Shown: positions 29,610-39,668, counted from the first letter of the stretch. The stretch: DNA of 64,000 nucleotides from a virus (IMGVR_UViG_3300037486_000321:6139-70138), one strand, 5' to 3'. Numbers and translations are program-made. Notes: a model not told the origin generated them from the letters alone.

Positions 29610-32600
29610 ATGGCACAATATGATATTCGATTAGAGCAGAATGTTCATGCAACATTAGTTGAATATTCAGAGAAATTTATCCACTTGAGTAAAGGGGATT
29701 TATTGTCTGCTGATACTAGTCATGTCCCAACGGTATTGGCTGCAGGTACAGATGGTTATTATTTGAAGAGGGATGATGCTGAGACAACAGGATTGAAGTG
29801 GGTTACAGCTCCGGGTGGATGTACCTTATCAGGGGTAACTGACAATACTATTTGTACTGTTACTGGAGCCAATGCTATTCAGGGAGAAGCAAACCTGACT
29901 TGGAATAGTAGTAATGTATTAGGGATAGCTGGTGATATTAATTTCTCAGGAGCAGATCGGACCATACTTGGTGGGGCAGGAACAGCCGCAGCTGGATACG
30001 ATGTAATAATAAGAGGTGGTACTGGTGGTGCTACAAACTATGCTGGTGGGGATGTTCACATTCGTGGAGGTACTCCAAATGGATCAGGTGTTTATGGAAA
30101 ATTATATCTTGGATGTAGTGGGGCTGGAGTATCTTATGTAGATGAAACATTTATTCAACCATCGGCAACAGGTACTGGATATACAAGTTTATTGGCAGTG
30201 GATGTAAACTGTGAACTTTATTCTATTACATTTTCAAACCATGCTGTGGCGGACTATGTAGTAACAACTGATACTTCTGGTGGATTAAATGGAGAAGCGA
30301 ATCTAACATTTGATGGATCATATTTATCAGTGACAAGTTATGTTGTAGTTCCATCAGCTACAGGAAGATATGTGTTTGGTACATCTGCTGATGGTGATTC
30401 ATATTTCTATGAGCAAACGGATGATACCTACATAAGATTGTGCATGGGCAGTACAGACAGATGGTTGTGGGGTACTGGAACTTTTTGTGGTGTAATTGCT
30501 ACTGCTGGAGCCGTGTTAAATGAAGCAGTAACCGCAACCAACCCAACTTTATGTCCTGACAGATCAGATTTAACATTAGGAATTGGAGGAAGTGGAACAA
30601 GTGATTATTTATCTCTTATTGTTGCTTCAACTGAGTATATAAGATTAACAGTTACAGAAGTTACCGTAACAGGAAATATATATCTTGCAACAGGAGCTGA
30701 TCGTACAATAAAAGTTGCAGATGGTACAACAACGGCTTATGATTTAACCATCAGGGCTGGATATACAACTAGTGCTGCACAGGCTGGTGATTTGTATTTA
30801 TATGGTGGACAGAATGCAAACGGAAATGGTGGATTTGTTTATATTTATGGTGGACAGGGCACTGGGGCAGGAGGTACTACTTATATTTATGGGGGAACTG
30901 GATCAGGAACAGGTGGGCCATTATATCTTATTGGTGGTTCAGGAGGTTCGGGTGGTGGTAGTCTTTATATAAGGGGTGGAGATGGCACGGCTACAGATGG
31001 TACTATTTATATTGGGGATTCTACTACAACGTATATATCATTAGGCAGTGCCGCAGTTGGTAGTGCCACAGCTGAAGTAGGGGAATATTTATTCTTGGAT
31101 GCAACTGATGGGTATTTGAAAAAAGCTACAAACAGTCTGGTTTCTGTAACCCCTACTCCTGTTGACGGGCAGATTGCTGTTTGGACAAGTGCTACGAATC
31201 TTGAAGGTACAACGGCCTTAACTTATAGCAGTGATAAGGTTACATTGACCGAAAGTTATAATGGAGATGTTGGTTTTACAATTAGCAATACTAGTGCTAG
31301 TAATGCAGCAAGAGCAGTGTATACTGCTTCATCAGATGGGGCAACCATGTATCTTATGGCAACTGGGACAACTTATGCTACAACACAATGGGGATTGGCT
31401 GGTAGTGATGTTGGTGAATTAATGGCATCATCCAGTTGTTCACGGGTAATTATTGGATATAATACAACAGCTGCTTCACATATGTACCTTGCTGTAGGTC
31501 CAATAGCTAGTGCCACCGCTGTCAGTTTGATTGATTTATATTATTATTCTACTGATACTCAAATGTATGTAGGAATTGGTGCTGCTGCGATACCTACTTC
31601 AAAATTATATGTTTATCAAAATCTGGCTTCTACATGGGCTGGGTATTTTTATAATGATTCATCTACAGGGGATGGATTATATGTAAAGACAGATGGAACA
31701 ACAACTTCAGAATATGCTCTGCAAGTTGAAACTGGGGGAACTGGGGCATTTGAGGTTTATGCGGATGGAAGTGTTTCTATAAATTCAACTTCTGGAGTTC
31801 CTTTATATATTGGCGGTGTTATTGACTCATCTGTTGCGTGGGATTGGATGGAAATACAACTTACGGCTACCACTACCTTGGGTATTGGAGAAGGAATTAG
31901 TATACGTTTTGATGGAACATCTGATCAACTGGGATATTTAACATTTGTAAGAGATACTGCTACTGCAGGTTATGGTAAATTCCTGCTGCAGGTTTCAAAG
32001 AGTACTTTGAGTACACCAGGGGTATATGATGATATAATAATAGACAGTGCTGGTGATATATGGCTTGGGTATACTGGGAATACTCCATTGGTGACTATAT
32101 ATGAATACGTAGGAATTGGTATAGCGGCCAGTTCATCTTATAATCTGAGGGTGGATGGAAATACTTATGTAGGTACTTATCTTGGTATAGGAGTGGCTCC
32201 CAGTTCGTCTTATGCATTGTATGCTTACAAGAGTGCTACAAGTCAATATGCCGCACTATTTCAAAATGCTGGGGCTGCTTCTACTGCTTGGGGAATCAAT
32301 ATTCGAGCAGGTAGTACATCTTATGCCTGTGCTCGTTGGATTAATTTTGATGATTCAGATGGTACTCAAACTGGTTGGATTTCTTCAACTAATAGTACGG
32401 ATATTGCTATTGTAGCGGCATCAGATGTCAGACTAAAAACTAATATAGATACATATAGTGCAGATGCCTTACAATTACTTGAGTGTATTCCAATTAATAC
32501 ATTTGAATTTATAAAGCAGGTAGGTCTGGAAGGTCATAAGCCAAGGGTTGGTTATATAGCACAATATGTTGAACCTATGTTTCCTGATATGGTAGAGTAT

Positions 32601-32759
32601 GATGAAATATCAGATGTTTATGGAGTTAAGAAACAAACCCTGATTCCAATAATGCATAAAGGGATTAATCAATTATATAACCAAACAAAAGATCATGAAT
32701 CAAGGATAAAAGTGCTAGAAGATGAACTTCAGGCACTCAAATCAACAATAGTTACTTAA
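29610..32759 (+). CDS. Tail fibre protein 2 with C-terminal intramolecular chaperone (peptidase S74)
   Basis: Gly-rich repeats; C-terminal SDVRLKTNI...GYIAQ.V...P..V plus coiled coil. Confidence 0.85.
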   Translation: MAQYDIRLEQNVHATLVEYSEKFIHLSKGDLLSADTSHVPTVLAAGTDGYYLKRDDAETTGLKWVTAPGGCTLSGVTDNTICTVTGANAIQGEANLTWNSSNVLGIAGDINFSGADRTILGGAGTAAAGYDVIIRGGTGGATNYAGGDVHIRGGTPNGSGVYGKLYLGCSGAGVSYVDETFIQPSATGTGYTSLLAVDVNCELYSITFSNHAVADYVVTTDTSGGLNGEANLTFDGSYLSVTSYVVVPSATGRYVFGTSADGDSYFYEQTDDTYIRLCMGSTDRWLWGTGTFCGVIATAGAVLNEAVTATNPTLCPDRSDLTLGIGGSGTSDYLSLIVASTEYIRLTVTEVTVTGNIYLATGADRTIKVADGTTTAYDLTIRAGYTTSAAQAGDLYLYGGQNANGNGGFVYIYGGQGTGAGGTTYIYGGTGSGTGGPLYLIGGSGGSGGGSLYIRGGDGTATDGTIYIGDSTTTYISLGSAAVGSATAEVGEYLFLDATDGYLKKATNSLVSVTPTPVDGQIAVWTSATNLEGTTALTYSSDKVTLTESYNGDVGFTISNTSASNAARAVYTASSDGATMYLMATGTTYATTQWGLAGSDVGELMASSSCSRVIIGYNTTAASHMYLAVGPIASATAVSLIDLYYYSTDTQMYVGIGAAAIPTSKLYVYQNLASTWAGYFYNDSSTGDGLYVKTDGTTTSEYALQVETGGTGAFEVYADGSVSINSTSGVPLYIGGVIDSSVAWDWMEIQLTATTTLGIGEGISIRFDGTSDQLGYLTFVRDTATAGYGKFLLQVSKSTLSTPGVYDDIIIDSAGDIWLGYTGNTPLVTIYEYVGIGIAASSSYNLRVDGNTYVGTYLGIGVAPSSSYALYAYKSATSQYAALFQNAGAASTAWGINIRAGSTSYACARWINFDDSDGTQTGWISSTNSTDIAIVAASDVRLKTNIDTYSADALQLLECIPINTFEFIKQVGLEGHKPRVGYIAQYVEPMFPDMVEYDEISDVYGVKKQTLIPIMHKGINQLYNQTKDHESRIKVLEDELQALKSTIVT

Positions 32760-32781
32760 CCAAAGTTAAATTTTAAACAAA

Positions 32782-33111
32782 ATGAAAATTAAAACTTTAA
32801 ATCAGACAATCCTAAACACGGATGATCAACCAATTCTGAGGGAAAGTGGTCAACTCAGATTGAGAGATGTTATTGAAAATTCTATTCTTGCCCCATTAGA
32901 AGGGGATGATGAAAAGAAAAAGTATGACCGCTGGGAGATTTACAAGCTAATCAAACATGCTAGTAGTGAAGTTAGTCTTACGGCAGAGCAAATTGCTACA
33001 ATCAAAAAAGCTATTGGAAAACTGCAACCCCCACTGATCCTTGGTCAGTGCTTTGAAATGCTGGAAGGTGAAGCCGAAATGACAGTTGAAAAAGGAGGAC
33101 ATAAAAAATAA
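32782..33111 (+). CDS. Hypothetical protein (possible fibre chaperone)
   Basis: 109-aa ORF following the tail fibre. Confidence 0.55.
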   Translation: MKIKTLNQTILNTDDQPILRESGQLRLRDVIENSILAPLEGDDEKKKYDRWEIYKLIKHASSEVSLTAEQIATIKKAIGKLQPPLILGQCFEMLEGEAEMTVEKGGHKK

Positions 33112-33129
33112 CCTTTAATCTCAATTACA

Positions 33130-33504
33130 ATGGATAAGGCTACAATTGATTTTATTACCAAGACAACTGATCAGCAAAATGAGCACTTTGAAAAGCTGAT
33201 CAGCATGAAGGATGAAAATGATTCCTTAAAATTCAAGGCTGTCCAGAAGGCAATTGATACTGGTCTGGATATGATAGCATTAGAACTTCGTCAAAGGAAT
33301 GGAAACATTGAAAAGATGCAAAAGGAACTTTGTGAAGTTAAGGATCATACCAGCTGGTGGAGATTCTTTCAACGCAATCCAAAGGTGACTGCGGTTACAT
33401 TAATACTGACCGTAGTAGGAAGTTTGGTATTGTTTGGTATTAAGATCAATGAAGATGGTGTAGGAATATCTTTATTCCAACATATTATAGAAAAGATATT
33501 TTAG
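33130..33504 (+). CDS. Membrane protein, coiled coil plus one TM (holin/antiholin-like)
   Basis: RNGNI coiled coil followed by hydrophobic VTAVTLILTVVGSLVLFGI. Confidence 0.5.
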   Translation: MDKATIDFITKTTDQQNEHFEKLISMKDENDSLKFKAVQKAIDTGLDMIALELRQRNGNIEKMQKELCEVKDHTSWWRFFQRNPKVTAVTLILTVVGSLVLFGIKINEDGVGISLFQHIIEKIF

Positions 33505-33530
33505 TTGTCTAAATTTTAAAAATTAAAATT

Positions 33531-33944
33531 ATGAAAAAGATGTTTTTGTTTTTGGTTTTGCTGTTTGGTTCTCTGGCATTGTTTGCTCAGGAACCAGAAG
33601 TACCAGCAGATGTAAGTGATCTACTGAGTAACCTTGGTGTTTACCTTGGATCACTGGCAGGACTCGCAGGTATTGTGATCTTCCTTACAGGTATTCTTAA
33701 TACTGTACTTAAAATCACAAAGGCTTGGCTCAAGTTTGTGGTCGCTATCGTAGTAGCTCTTGTCTTGGCAGTGGTAACTAACCTATTAAACTTTGGTTTG
33801 TTTGCTGAATCTGCTTGGCTTGAAACTATACTTTATGGAGTAGGATTGGGGGTGGTTGCTGGAGGTATTTTTGATATTCCAACAATAAAGATTCTTGTAA
33901 ACATTCTTCTTTCCTTATTATTAAAATTTAAAAAACCCGAATGA
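33531..33944 (+). CDS. Holin-like multi-pass membrane protein
   Basis: Signal-like N-terminus plus about three hydrophobic helices; end of the late operon. Confidence 0.6.
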   Translation: MKKMFLFLVLLFGSLALFAQEPEVPADVSDLLSNLGVYLGSLAGLAGIVIFLTGILNTVLKITKAWLKFVVAIVVALVLAVVTNLLNFGLFAESAWLETILYGVGLGVVAGGIFDIPTIKILVNILLSLLLKFKKPE

Positions 33945-34525
33945 AAAACGTGCTCATTGGGATTGGGATTGCAGTTATCTTGATACTTCTCTTTTTATGT
34001 TTTCAATATGGAAAAAGAATTGGTACCAGGGAGGTTTCCAAACTTAAAGAGGTGATTGATAGTATAAATGCCATCCCACCAGATACCTTTATAGTGCGGG
34101 ATACTATCAAACCTGATCCGGAAATCAGATGGAGGCAAGGAGAGGCAATACTTGTTCCTACACCCATTGATACCTTTGGAGTCAATAAATATCCTGATAG
34201 CCTTGTCACTGCTGATCTGGCTATATATGTAAATGATGTAATTAAGGGGGTTATCCTAAGCAGAGATATAGGATATAAATTATTTGTTCCACAGATTATA
34301 ACGGAAAGGGTTACGGTGATTGAGAAAGTTCCTACTATTGTGGATAGGCCAGTAGATTCAGATGGGGTTCTGATTGGTGCTGGGCTTGGAGCAGGTGCCG
34401 GATTTGGTTGGTCTGCAGGAGCCGGGTACAAATATCAAAGAAGTGTTTTTGGTGTTGATTATCTAAGATTTCAAGAACAGAATTACTGGCTACTGTCATA
34501 TAAGTATTTGGTTTTTAAGTGGTGA
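33941..34525 (+). CDS. Putative spanin-like lysis protein
   Basis: N-terminal TM helix, extended DT-rich linker, C-terminal amphipathic beta-strands ending YKYLVFKW. Confidence 0.5.
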   Translation: MKNVLIGIGIAVILILLFLCFQYGKRIGTREVSKLKEVIDSINAIPPDTFIVRDTIKPDPEIRWRQGEAILVPTPIDTFGVNKYPDSLVTADLAIYVNDVIKGVILSRDIGYKLFVPQIITERVTVIEKVPTIVDRPVDSDGVLIGAGLGAGAGFGWSAGAGYKYQRSVFGVDYLRFQEQNYWLLSYKYLVFKW

Positions 34526-34551
34526 GTGGAGGTTTAGTTTTAGTTAAGGTT

Positions 34552-34587
34552 AGCCCCCGGTTACGAGTTGACTGGGGGTTTTCTTTT
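34552..34587 (+). terminator. Rho-independent terminator at the convergence of the two arms
   Basis: AGCCCCCGGTTA-CGAGT-TGACTGGGGGTT stem-loop followed by TTCTTTT. Confidence 0.85.
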
Positions 34588-34923
34588 GTGACTTGTTAAT
34601 CCTGCAACATCTACAAATTCCCATTGGAATCTCTTATACATTCTTTTCTTTTTAATAGCATATCTGATACCGGCAGGATCACCCTTAACATCCCGAGCAG
34701 CGATTGACAGGGCTGTGTATTGTTTCACATGATTTCCCCAACGGTCTATACTTACTACACATTTCCCCAGGTTATGATGGACGGGACCTCTACCAATGTC
34801 AAACCCTATACCAATAGCCATGCATATTCTCTGTTGAATAAAGTTATAGCAAAGATGAGTAGGTAGATGAAACTCATGAATAATCTCTTCCGTTAAATGT
34901 TTAGCAGCTTTATCGTACTCCAT
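34561..34923 (-). CDS. NUMOD1-like DNA-binding domain protein
   Basis: VVSIDRWGNHVKQY.ALSIAARDV....IRYAIK...FQWEF. Confidence 0.6.
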   Translation of the reverse strand: MEYDKAAKHLTEEIIHEFHLPTHLCYNFIQQRICMAIGIGFDIGRGPVHHNLGKCVVSIDRWGNHVKQYTALSIAARDVKGDPAGIRYAIKKKRMYKRFQWEFVDVAGLTSHKRKPPVNS

Positions 34924-34924
34924 A

Positions 34925-35530
34925 CTATTGTACTTTAGTTATTCCTTTATGAATACTTACTTCAAAAGTTCGATCAGCATAATTAGCCAGTATAGGTTCA
35001 TGGGTAACAATGATAAATTGCAATCCTAACTTAACGGATAGCTCTTTAATCATCTGAGAAGCTCTTTCCTGCATGTCTGCCGATAGGAAACGTAAAGGCT
35101 CATCCAGTATTATTACATTACGTGTACGGGGCTGATTCATACTCCAGGAAGCTATTCTAAGGGCAAAAGCTGCCACATCCACTGCTCCACCACCACTGGC
35201 TGATAATGGATCAACCTTCTCCCCGCTACGCACAAAATAAAGGTCACACTCCGTTTTATTTCTTCTCTGGATAAATTCTACAGCTAAACCATAAGGATCG
35301 TCAAAAACGGCTTCTAAGGCCAGAGAAGTGATATCAGAGATGTGATATTGAAGTTGCTGTTGGGTTTTAATCCCTACTGCCCGAATAATCTCCCGTGCCT
35401 GTTCATGCCTGCGTAGACGGCGTTTACAATCCGTTACATCCACTTTTAGAGCATTTAGGTTGCTATCCATCTGTGCCTTCTGTCCCTTCTGATGTTCCAG
35501 AGTGTATCTAAGATGTTGTATGCTGTTCAT
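34925..35530 (-). CDS. SbcC/Rad50 (gp46)-like ATPase, C-terminal half
   Basis: Signature SGGG, Walker B ILDEP and H-loop VTHE; no Walker A. Confidence 0.85.
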   Translation of the reverse strand: MNSIQHLRYTLEHQKGQKAQMDSNLNALKVDVTDCKRRLRRHEQAREIIRAVGIKTQQQLQYHISDITSLALEAVFDDPYGLAVEFIQRRNKTECDLYFVRSGEKVDPLSASGGGAVDVAAFALRIASWSMNQPRTRNVIILDEPLRFLSADMQERASQMIKELSVKLGLQFIIVTHEPILANYADRTFEVSIHKGITKVQ

Positions 35531-36057
35531 ATTTCTTCTTTAATTATTTGTCCACTTCCAATGAATGATAAATGGCAATCATGGTGTTGCTCTACTGCCG
35601 AGTATTCTAAAGAGGCTTCTGTTAAATAAATATCTCCAACATATTTATTCTTATCATACACAAATACAGCTTTCAATTTATCACCTCTACTCAAAGCATT
35701 AGTAAAAATCATGTACTCTACCTCTCCAGTGATTGCACTATTTATTTTGGGTACTTCTACACCCCATCTAATTAATGTAGATGGGTAATATACCCAATTA
35801 TCATCATGTACGTATGGAATTATATCACGTTCCATATTTAAGTTAAAGTTATAAGAATATCCCAGTAACCTATCATTGCCATCATATATAAAAATGCACT
35901 TGTTTGGGAAAGGACGAAGAATAGTTGGAACTCCTTCAGTGTGTTCTACTAATGGTGGAGGCACTTCTTCAATAGCCCTCATTACTGGGGTAGGAACCAG
36001 TGCTACAATAGTGGCACCAAATAGGGAACGGAAGAAATCACGCCTGTCTACTTTCAT
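35527..36057 (-). CDS. Twin-arginine-signal protein with tail-tube-like domain
   Basis: MKVDRRDFFRSLFGATIVALV Tat-like signal; remainder aligns by eye with the tail tube family. Confidence 0.5.
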   Translation of the reverse strand: MKVDRRDFFRSLFGATIVALVPTPVMRAIEEVPPPLVEHTEGVPTILRPFPNKCIFIYDGNDRLLGYSYNFNLNMERDIIPYVHDDNWVYYPSTLIRWGVEVPKINSAITGEVEYMIFTNALSRGDKLKAVFVYDKNKYVGDIYLTEASLEYSAVEQHHDCHLSFIGSGQIIKEEI

Positions 36058-36280
36058 ACTTCTCCTCCAGTTCCTCTAATCCTTTTTCAATATTGGCATT
36101 TAGATTGGCTATATCTTCTTCAAAAGTCTCCATAAGTTTTTCTGCTTCCTTGATAGAATTACATTTCCAGTCATCCTTCAGTTGTTTCATCAGGGCAGTT
36201 TGTTGCCCTTTGAGTTCAGCAGTAGATTGTTTGGCTTCTTCAATCTGCTGTTTTAATTTCATTAATCCTCTTGCATCCAT
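36038..36280 (-). CDS. Small coiled-coil protein (probable SbcCD accessory piece)
   Basis: 80 aa with heptad pattern; near the SbcC C-terminal half. Confidence 0.6.
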   Translation of the reverse strand: MDARGLMKLKQQIEEAKQSTAELKGQQTALMKQLKDDWKCNSIKEAEKLMETFEEDIANLNANIEKGLEELEEKYESRQA

Positions 36281-36291
36281 AGTATTTAATT

Positions 36292-36477
36292 TTAACTGGC
36301 AGAGGGATCAAAATCAGTAGGACTAAGATGTTTCCGTACTGGTTCTTTCTCTGATTTGCCATTTAGTAACTTCGTTAATTGTTTCAGTACTTGTTTCATC
36401 CTCCAACGAAATGGATGATTCTTTTTGAAAAGATATTCCGTACGGGAATATGCTTTGCCTTTTAAATTTCCTTTCAT
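36292..36477 (-). CDS. Hypothetical basic protein
   Basis: 61 aa, overlap-coupled to the upstream gene. Confidence 0.45.
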   Translation of the reverse strand: MKGNLKGKAYSRTEYLFKKNHPFRWRMKQVLKQLTKLLNGKSEKEPVRKHLSPTDFDPSAS

Positions 36478-37100
36478 AGTTTTGTCAATTTAACTTTCAT
36501 TGCTGTAATAACATTATTCCAACACCGGGTGGCAAACTTCTTCTCATCATCACTCTGATATTTTACATCCTCAAAATAATAATACCCCATAAGTTTGAAA
36601 TCAAAGTCTGCTTTGATATTATAGTGTTCCAGATTGCTCACCAACAACCACTCTTTATTAAAGTACCTGTAAGTAACTTCTGTTATACATCGGCAATGGG
36701 TTGGATCTTGATGAGCCAAGCCACTTGTATAATAAGGAGTGGTTATATAGGCTTCTCCTCGTGGTTTTAATATGCGGTGCAGTTCTTCCATGAATAAGAT
36801 AAGCCCATCGGAAGGAGCTTCAAGATCATTTTCTTCTTGCATAAGTTTGATCTGAAGATCAGCCCAACTATCAGATTCTTTAATTAATCTGACTAATCTT
36901 CTTGCTATGGTATCATGTGGAATATGCTCCAAGTAGTGATTACATATTACTTCAATAGCGGAGTCATCTTCAATTGGCCACGGATAATCTTCCAGGTTCC
37001 AAACATAATCTACATTTGGAGCTGTTGCTTTATCTATATTGAAATACCCTTCAATACGTTGCTGCCCACTTGCTAGATTTAATTTAAGTTGGTTTATCAT
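36474..37100 (-). CDS. Class I SAM-dependent methyltransferase (glycan-associated type)
   Basis: LNLASG..GYFNID, HYLEHI, ELHRILKP and DPTH motifs. Confidence 0.85.
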   Translation of the reverse strand: MINQLKLNLASGQQRIEGYFNIDKATAPNVDYVWNLEDYPWPIEDDSAIEVICNHYLEHIPHDTIARRLVRLIKESDSWADLQIKLMQEENDLEAPSDGLILFMEELHRILKPRGEAYITTPYYTSGLAHQDPTHCRCITEVTYRYFNKEWLLVSNLEHYNIKADFDFKLMGYYYFEDVKYQSDDEKKFATRCWNNVITAMKVKLTKL

Positions 37101-37876
37101 TTAGTATCTTTTATTTTAAAAACACCAGAACCACCTGTAGCATTTGCTGATTTGTAATATGAATCCCATCCTAAAGGTTCATATTTCTGTACAGATTCAG
37201 GAACATGCCAAGCCTTTACATGATCTTTCAGTTTACTTATTTTTATTTCATCAGAGGTCATATACCAATGAATACAGAATGCCTTTCCTTTTATGTAATC
37301 ATGCCTATCCCGTATATCAGCTATTTTATCTGTTTTTAATCCGAATCGGGCAATGTTATGAGACAAAGCATAATCATCAATCAAATGTTCTTTTGTTATT
37401 CCGGCATTCATTTCCTCATGTGTAGGGAAGATATTATCAAAGGCTGCTGCAGGAGATACTTCCAAAGGTCTCCACATATCCAGGCACCAGTTACTACCTA
37501 TGGTAAACCAGTTACCAGTTCCCCAGTGCTGACCATGCCTTAAAAAGTATTCATCATATTTCCACCTTACACATGCCATATCTGCTCCCCAGTGAGCAAC
37601 AGTATCTTTGTTTAGGAAAATAGTCCAATCTGGTGAAGCAGGATGGATCAGGGCATCACTATCAATATAAATATTCCACTCATTACCCATCTCCCTACCC
37701 AGTTGAAATATTTGAAGTTTTTCGTAAGTGATTGGCCATTGTGGGAACTTTCGCTCAGTGATTACATGAAATTGTGCTCCAATCTTATCAGCATAATACT
37801 TGAGCAGTGGGTATGTAATTGCTGTTATTTCTGGACAGTAATTATTAATGTTTAATGTAAATATTGTTTTTTTCAT
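37097..37876 (-). CDS. GT-A glycosyltransferase
   Basis: YADKIGA.F, YEKLQI and YIDSDALI (DxD) motifs. Confidence 0.7.
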   Translation of the reverse strand: MKKTIFTLNINNYCPEITAITYPLLKYYADKIGAQFHVITERKFPQWPITYEKLQIFQLGREMGNEWNIYIDSDALIHPASPDWTIFLNKDTVAHWGADMACVRWKYDEYFLRHGQHWGTGNWFTIGSNWCLDMWRPLEVSPAAAFDNIFPTHEEMNAGITKEHLIDDYALSHNIARFGLKTDKIADIRDRHDYIKGKAFCIHWYMTSDEIKISKLKDHVKAWHVPESVQKYEPLGWDSYYKSANATGGSGVFKIKDTK

Positions 37877-37901
37877 TCTATTACTTTAAAATAATTTGTA
37901 T

Positions 37902-38285
37902 TTAAAAAGTTATCTTAATTCCTATGGAAGGAATATAAGCGGTATCATCAAATTTTGATAAATAAATCATAATCCTATTTTGACGATTCGTTCCACTTAT
38001 CCAAAGAGGAATTCCAATACTCGCAGCCACCAAACCCACACCTATTAAAACTTTACCTGTTTCTGCCTGACTATTCAAAATCAACCCTCCCACCAACGCT
38101 GGTACTCCTGCGGCCGTTAACACAATACCAACAGTTGCGGTACCTGTTGCTGTAGCGTAAGCCGTATATAATTGTTTTTCAGACATTTCACTCAAATGTA
38201 TCACACTATCTGGCTTATGATGATACGGTTGTGCATTTACCAATGCACTGTAAACAAATAATAAAATAATAATTAGATTTTTCAT
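37902..38285 (-). CDS. Secreted/membrane protein
   Basis: Signal peptide, two Gly-rich TM helices, C-terminal GIKITF. Confidence 0.6.
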   Translation of the reverse strand: MKNLIIILLFVYSALVNAQPYHHKPDSVIHLSEMSEKQLYTAYATATGTATVGIVLTAAGVPALVGGLILNSQAETGKVLIGVGLVAASIGIPLWISGTNRQNRIMIYLSKFDDTAYIPSIGIKITF

Positions 38286-38290
38286 AGCTA

Positions 38291-39172
38291 TTATTCGATT
38301 GCTTTATAAATGATTTGTTTTACGGAATCTCTTACTTGATTTGTTTTAAAAAACTCTTCCAGGTTTTGTTCAAATGACATTCCTGCTTTCCAATCACTAT
38401 CCAGTTTACTAATGAAAGCATCAATGCGGTTATCCCTTTGTTCAATCTTATCAATATGTGCACGACTTATTACATCCTTTTCATGTGGTAATTCTACTCG
38501 CTGTACTATATTATCCAAAGCAAACCAAAGGTAAATAGAAGGTATTTGATCCACCTGATCAGCGTCCTGCCGTGTCAGACTGCCTGGATTAACTAAATGT
38601 CGCCCATTGTATTCCTCTGTAAAGGGCTTGTGATTATGCCCCGTTAGGATAAGATCATATTGTGGGTATTTACGAAGCAATCCTGCCGCAAGTGAATCAG
38701 TACATCCTGCCCAAGGTCTCTTTCCCTGATAAGTCATAATGTGCCACATTAATATATCTCGTTTTCCTATTGTTATTGATGGGCATGTAGTAGGTATTTC
38801 CCCCCAATGATACCCTTCTACTATCTCTAATTTCCTTGCAGTTAATAAGGTATATACACCACATTTAAAGGTTAATTCCAGATTATGCTGTGGCAAATCA
38901 TGGTTGCCTAATATTGTATAAAACTCATTTGGTAAATATACCATAGCCACACTTAACAGATGTGGAGAAGGTTTCCAGTGATTAAACAAATCACCAGCAT
39001 GAAGAACTGGACAACCATACTTCTTCTGGAGATCAGAAATAAAATCTACCTTCTCCCATTGGGCAGTCCAAAAGTCATCCATCCGACAGACTGGACGATC
39101 CTCTCTCAGGTGCCAGTCTGCCGTCAGGATAGCATCAGGAATTCTATCGGTTCTTGTACGCTGCAATTTCAT
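38291..39172 (-). CDS. SbcD/Mre11 (gp47)-like metallophosphoesterase nuclease
   Basis: ADWH, AGDLF, GNHD, GHNH and NPGS motifs. Likely start 39172 (ORF extends to 39187). Confidence 0.9.
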   Translation of the reverse strand: MKLQRTRTDRIPDAILTADWHLREDRPVCRMDDFWTAQWEKVDFISDLQKKYGCPVLHAGDLFNHWKPSPHLLSVAMVYLPNEFYTILGNHDLPQHNLELTFKCGVYTLLTARKLEIVEGYHWGEIPTTCPSITIGKRDILMWHIMTYQGKRPWAGCTDSLAAGLLRKYPQYDLILTGHNHKPFTEEYNGRHLVNPGSLTRQDADQVDQIPSIYLWFALDNIVQRVELPHEKDVISRAHIDKIEQRDNRIDAFISKLDSDWKAGMSFEQNLEEFFKTNQVRDSVKQIIYKAIE

Positions 39173-39668
39173 CTGCTGTTGCTGCAATAGTGTGGTTAAA
39201 GCACCATACCGTGTCCTGATCTTCTACCGGAATAGGTAAGGCATCCCACTGGAAATTAAAAGCCCAGTCCAAAATCATTTCCTTAATAGTTGGTTCTACA
39301 ATACTCAGGTATACATCATTAAATTGTTGATTAGTGTAACTCATCATAGAAGCTGGAAAATTAAATACTGGAGCAATCGTATCAAGTAATATAACATTAA
39401 ATTGCCGTTGTGATACATTCCCTGAGACGTCTGTTGCTTTTAATACTACCGTTACCTGTGGGTTTGTTGCATTGAGCAAAGTACCGGGTACTGGAGTCTG
39501 TGTGTATGATGCAATGGCACAGTTATCACTGACTGTTACAATTAATGTATAGTTAGGTAATGGTGCCACACAAGTTGCCCCCGCATAGATTGTTTGTGTG
39601 GGAACTTGAGAGATGCAGTTGCATGCGAGCGCAACTGCCACAATTAAAAAACCAATTAACTTTTTCAT
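39144..39668 (-). CDS. Secreted/lipoprotein with a HYR-like (Ig-like) domain
   Basis: MKKLIGFLIVAVALAC signal; SDNC...TQTP.PGT...ATDVSGN...DTIAPV HYR pattern; AGGAGG before ATG 39668. Confidence 0.7.
   Translation of the reverse strand: MKKLIGFLIVAVALACNCISQVPTQTIYAGATCVAPLPNYTLIVTVSDNCAIASYTQTPVPGTLLNATNPQVTVVLKATDVSGNVSQRQFNVILLDTIAPVFNFPASMMSYTNQQFNDVYLSIVEPTIKEMILDWAFNFQWDALPIPVEDQDTVWCFNHTIAATADEIAAYKNR

Noticed and set aside
28022-29810. Diversity-generating retroelement TR/VR pair in the tail fibres
   Set aside because: Differences between the repeats are not adenine-specific, both copies are coding N-termini, and no reverse transcriptase is present.
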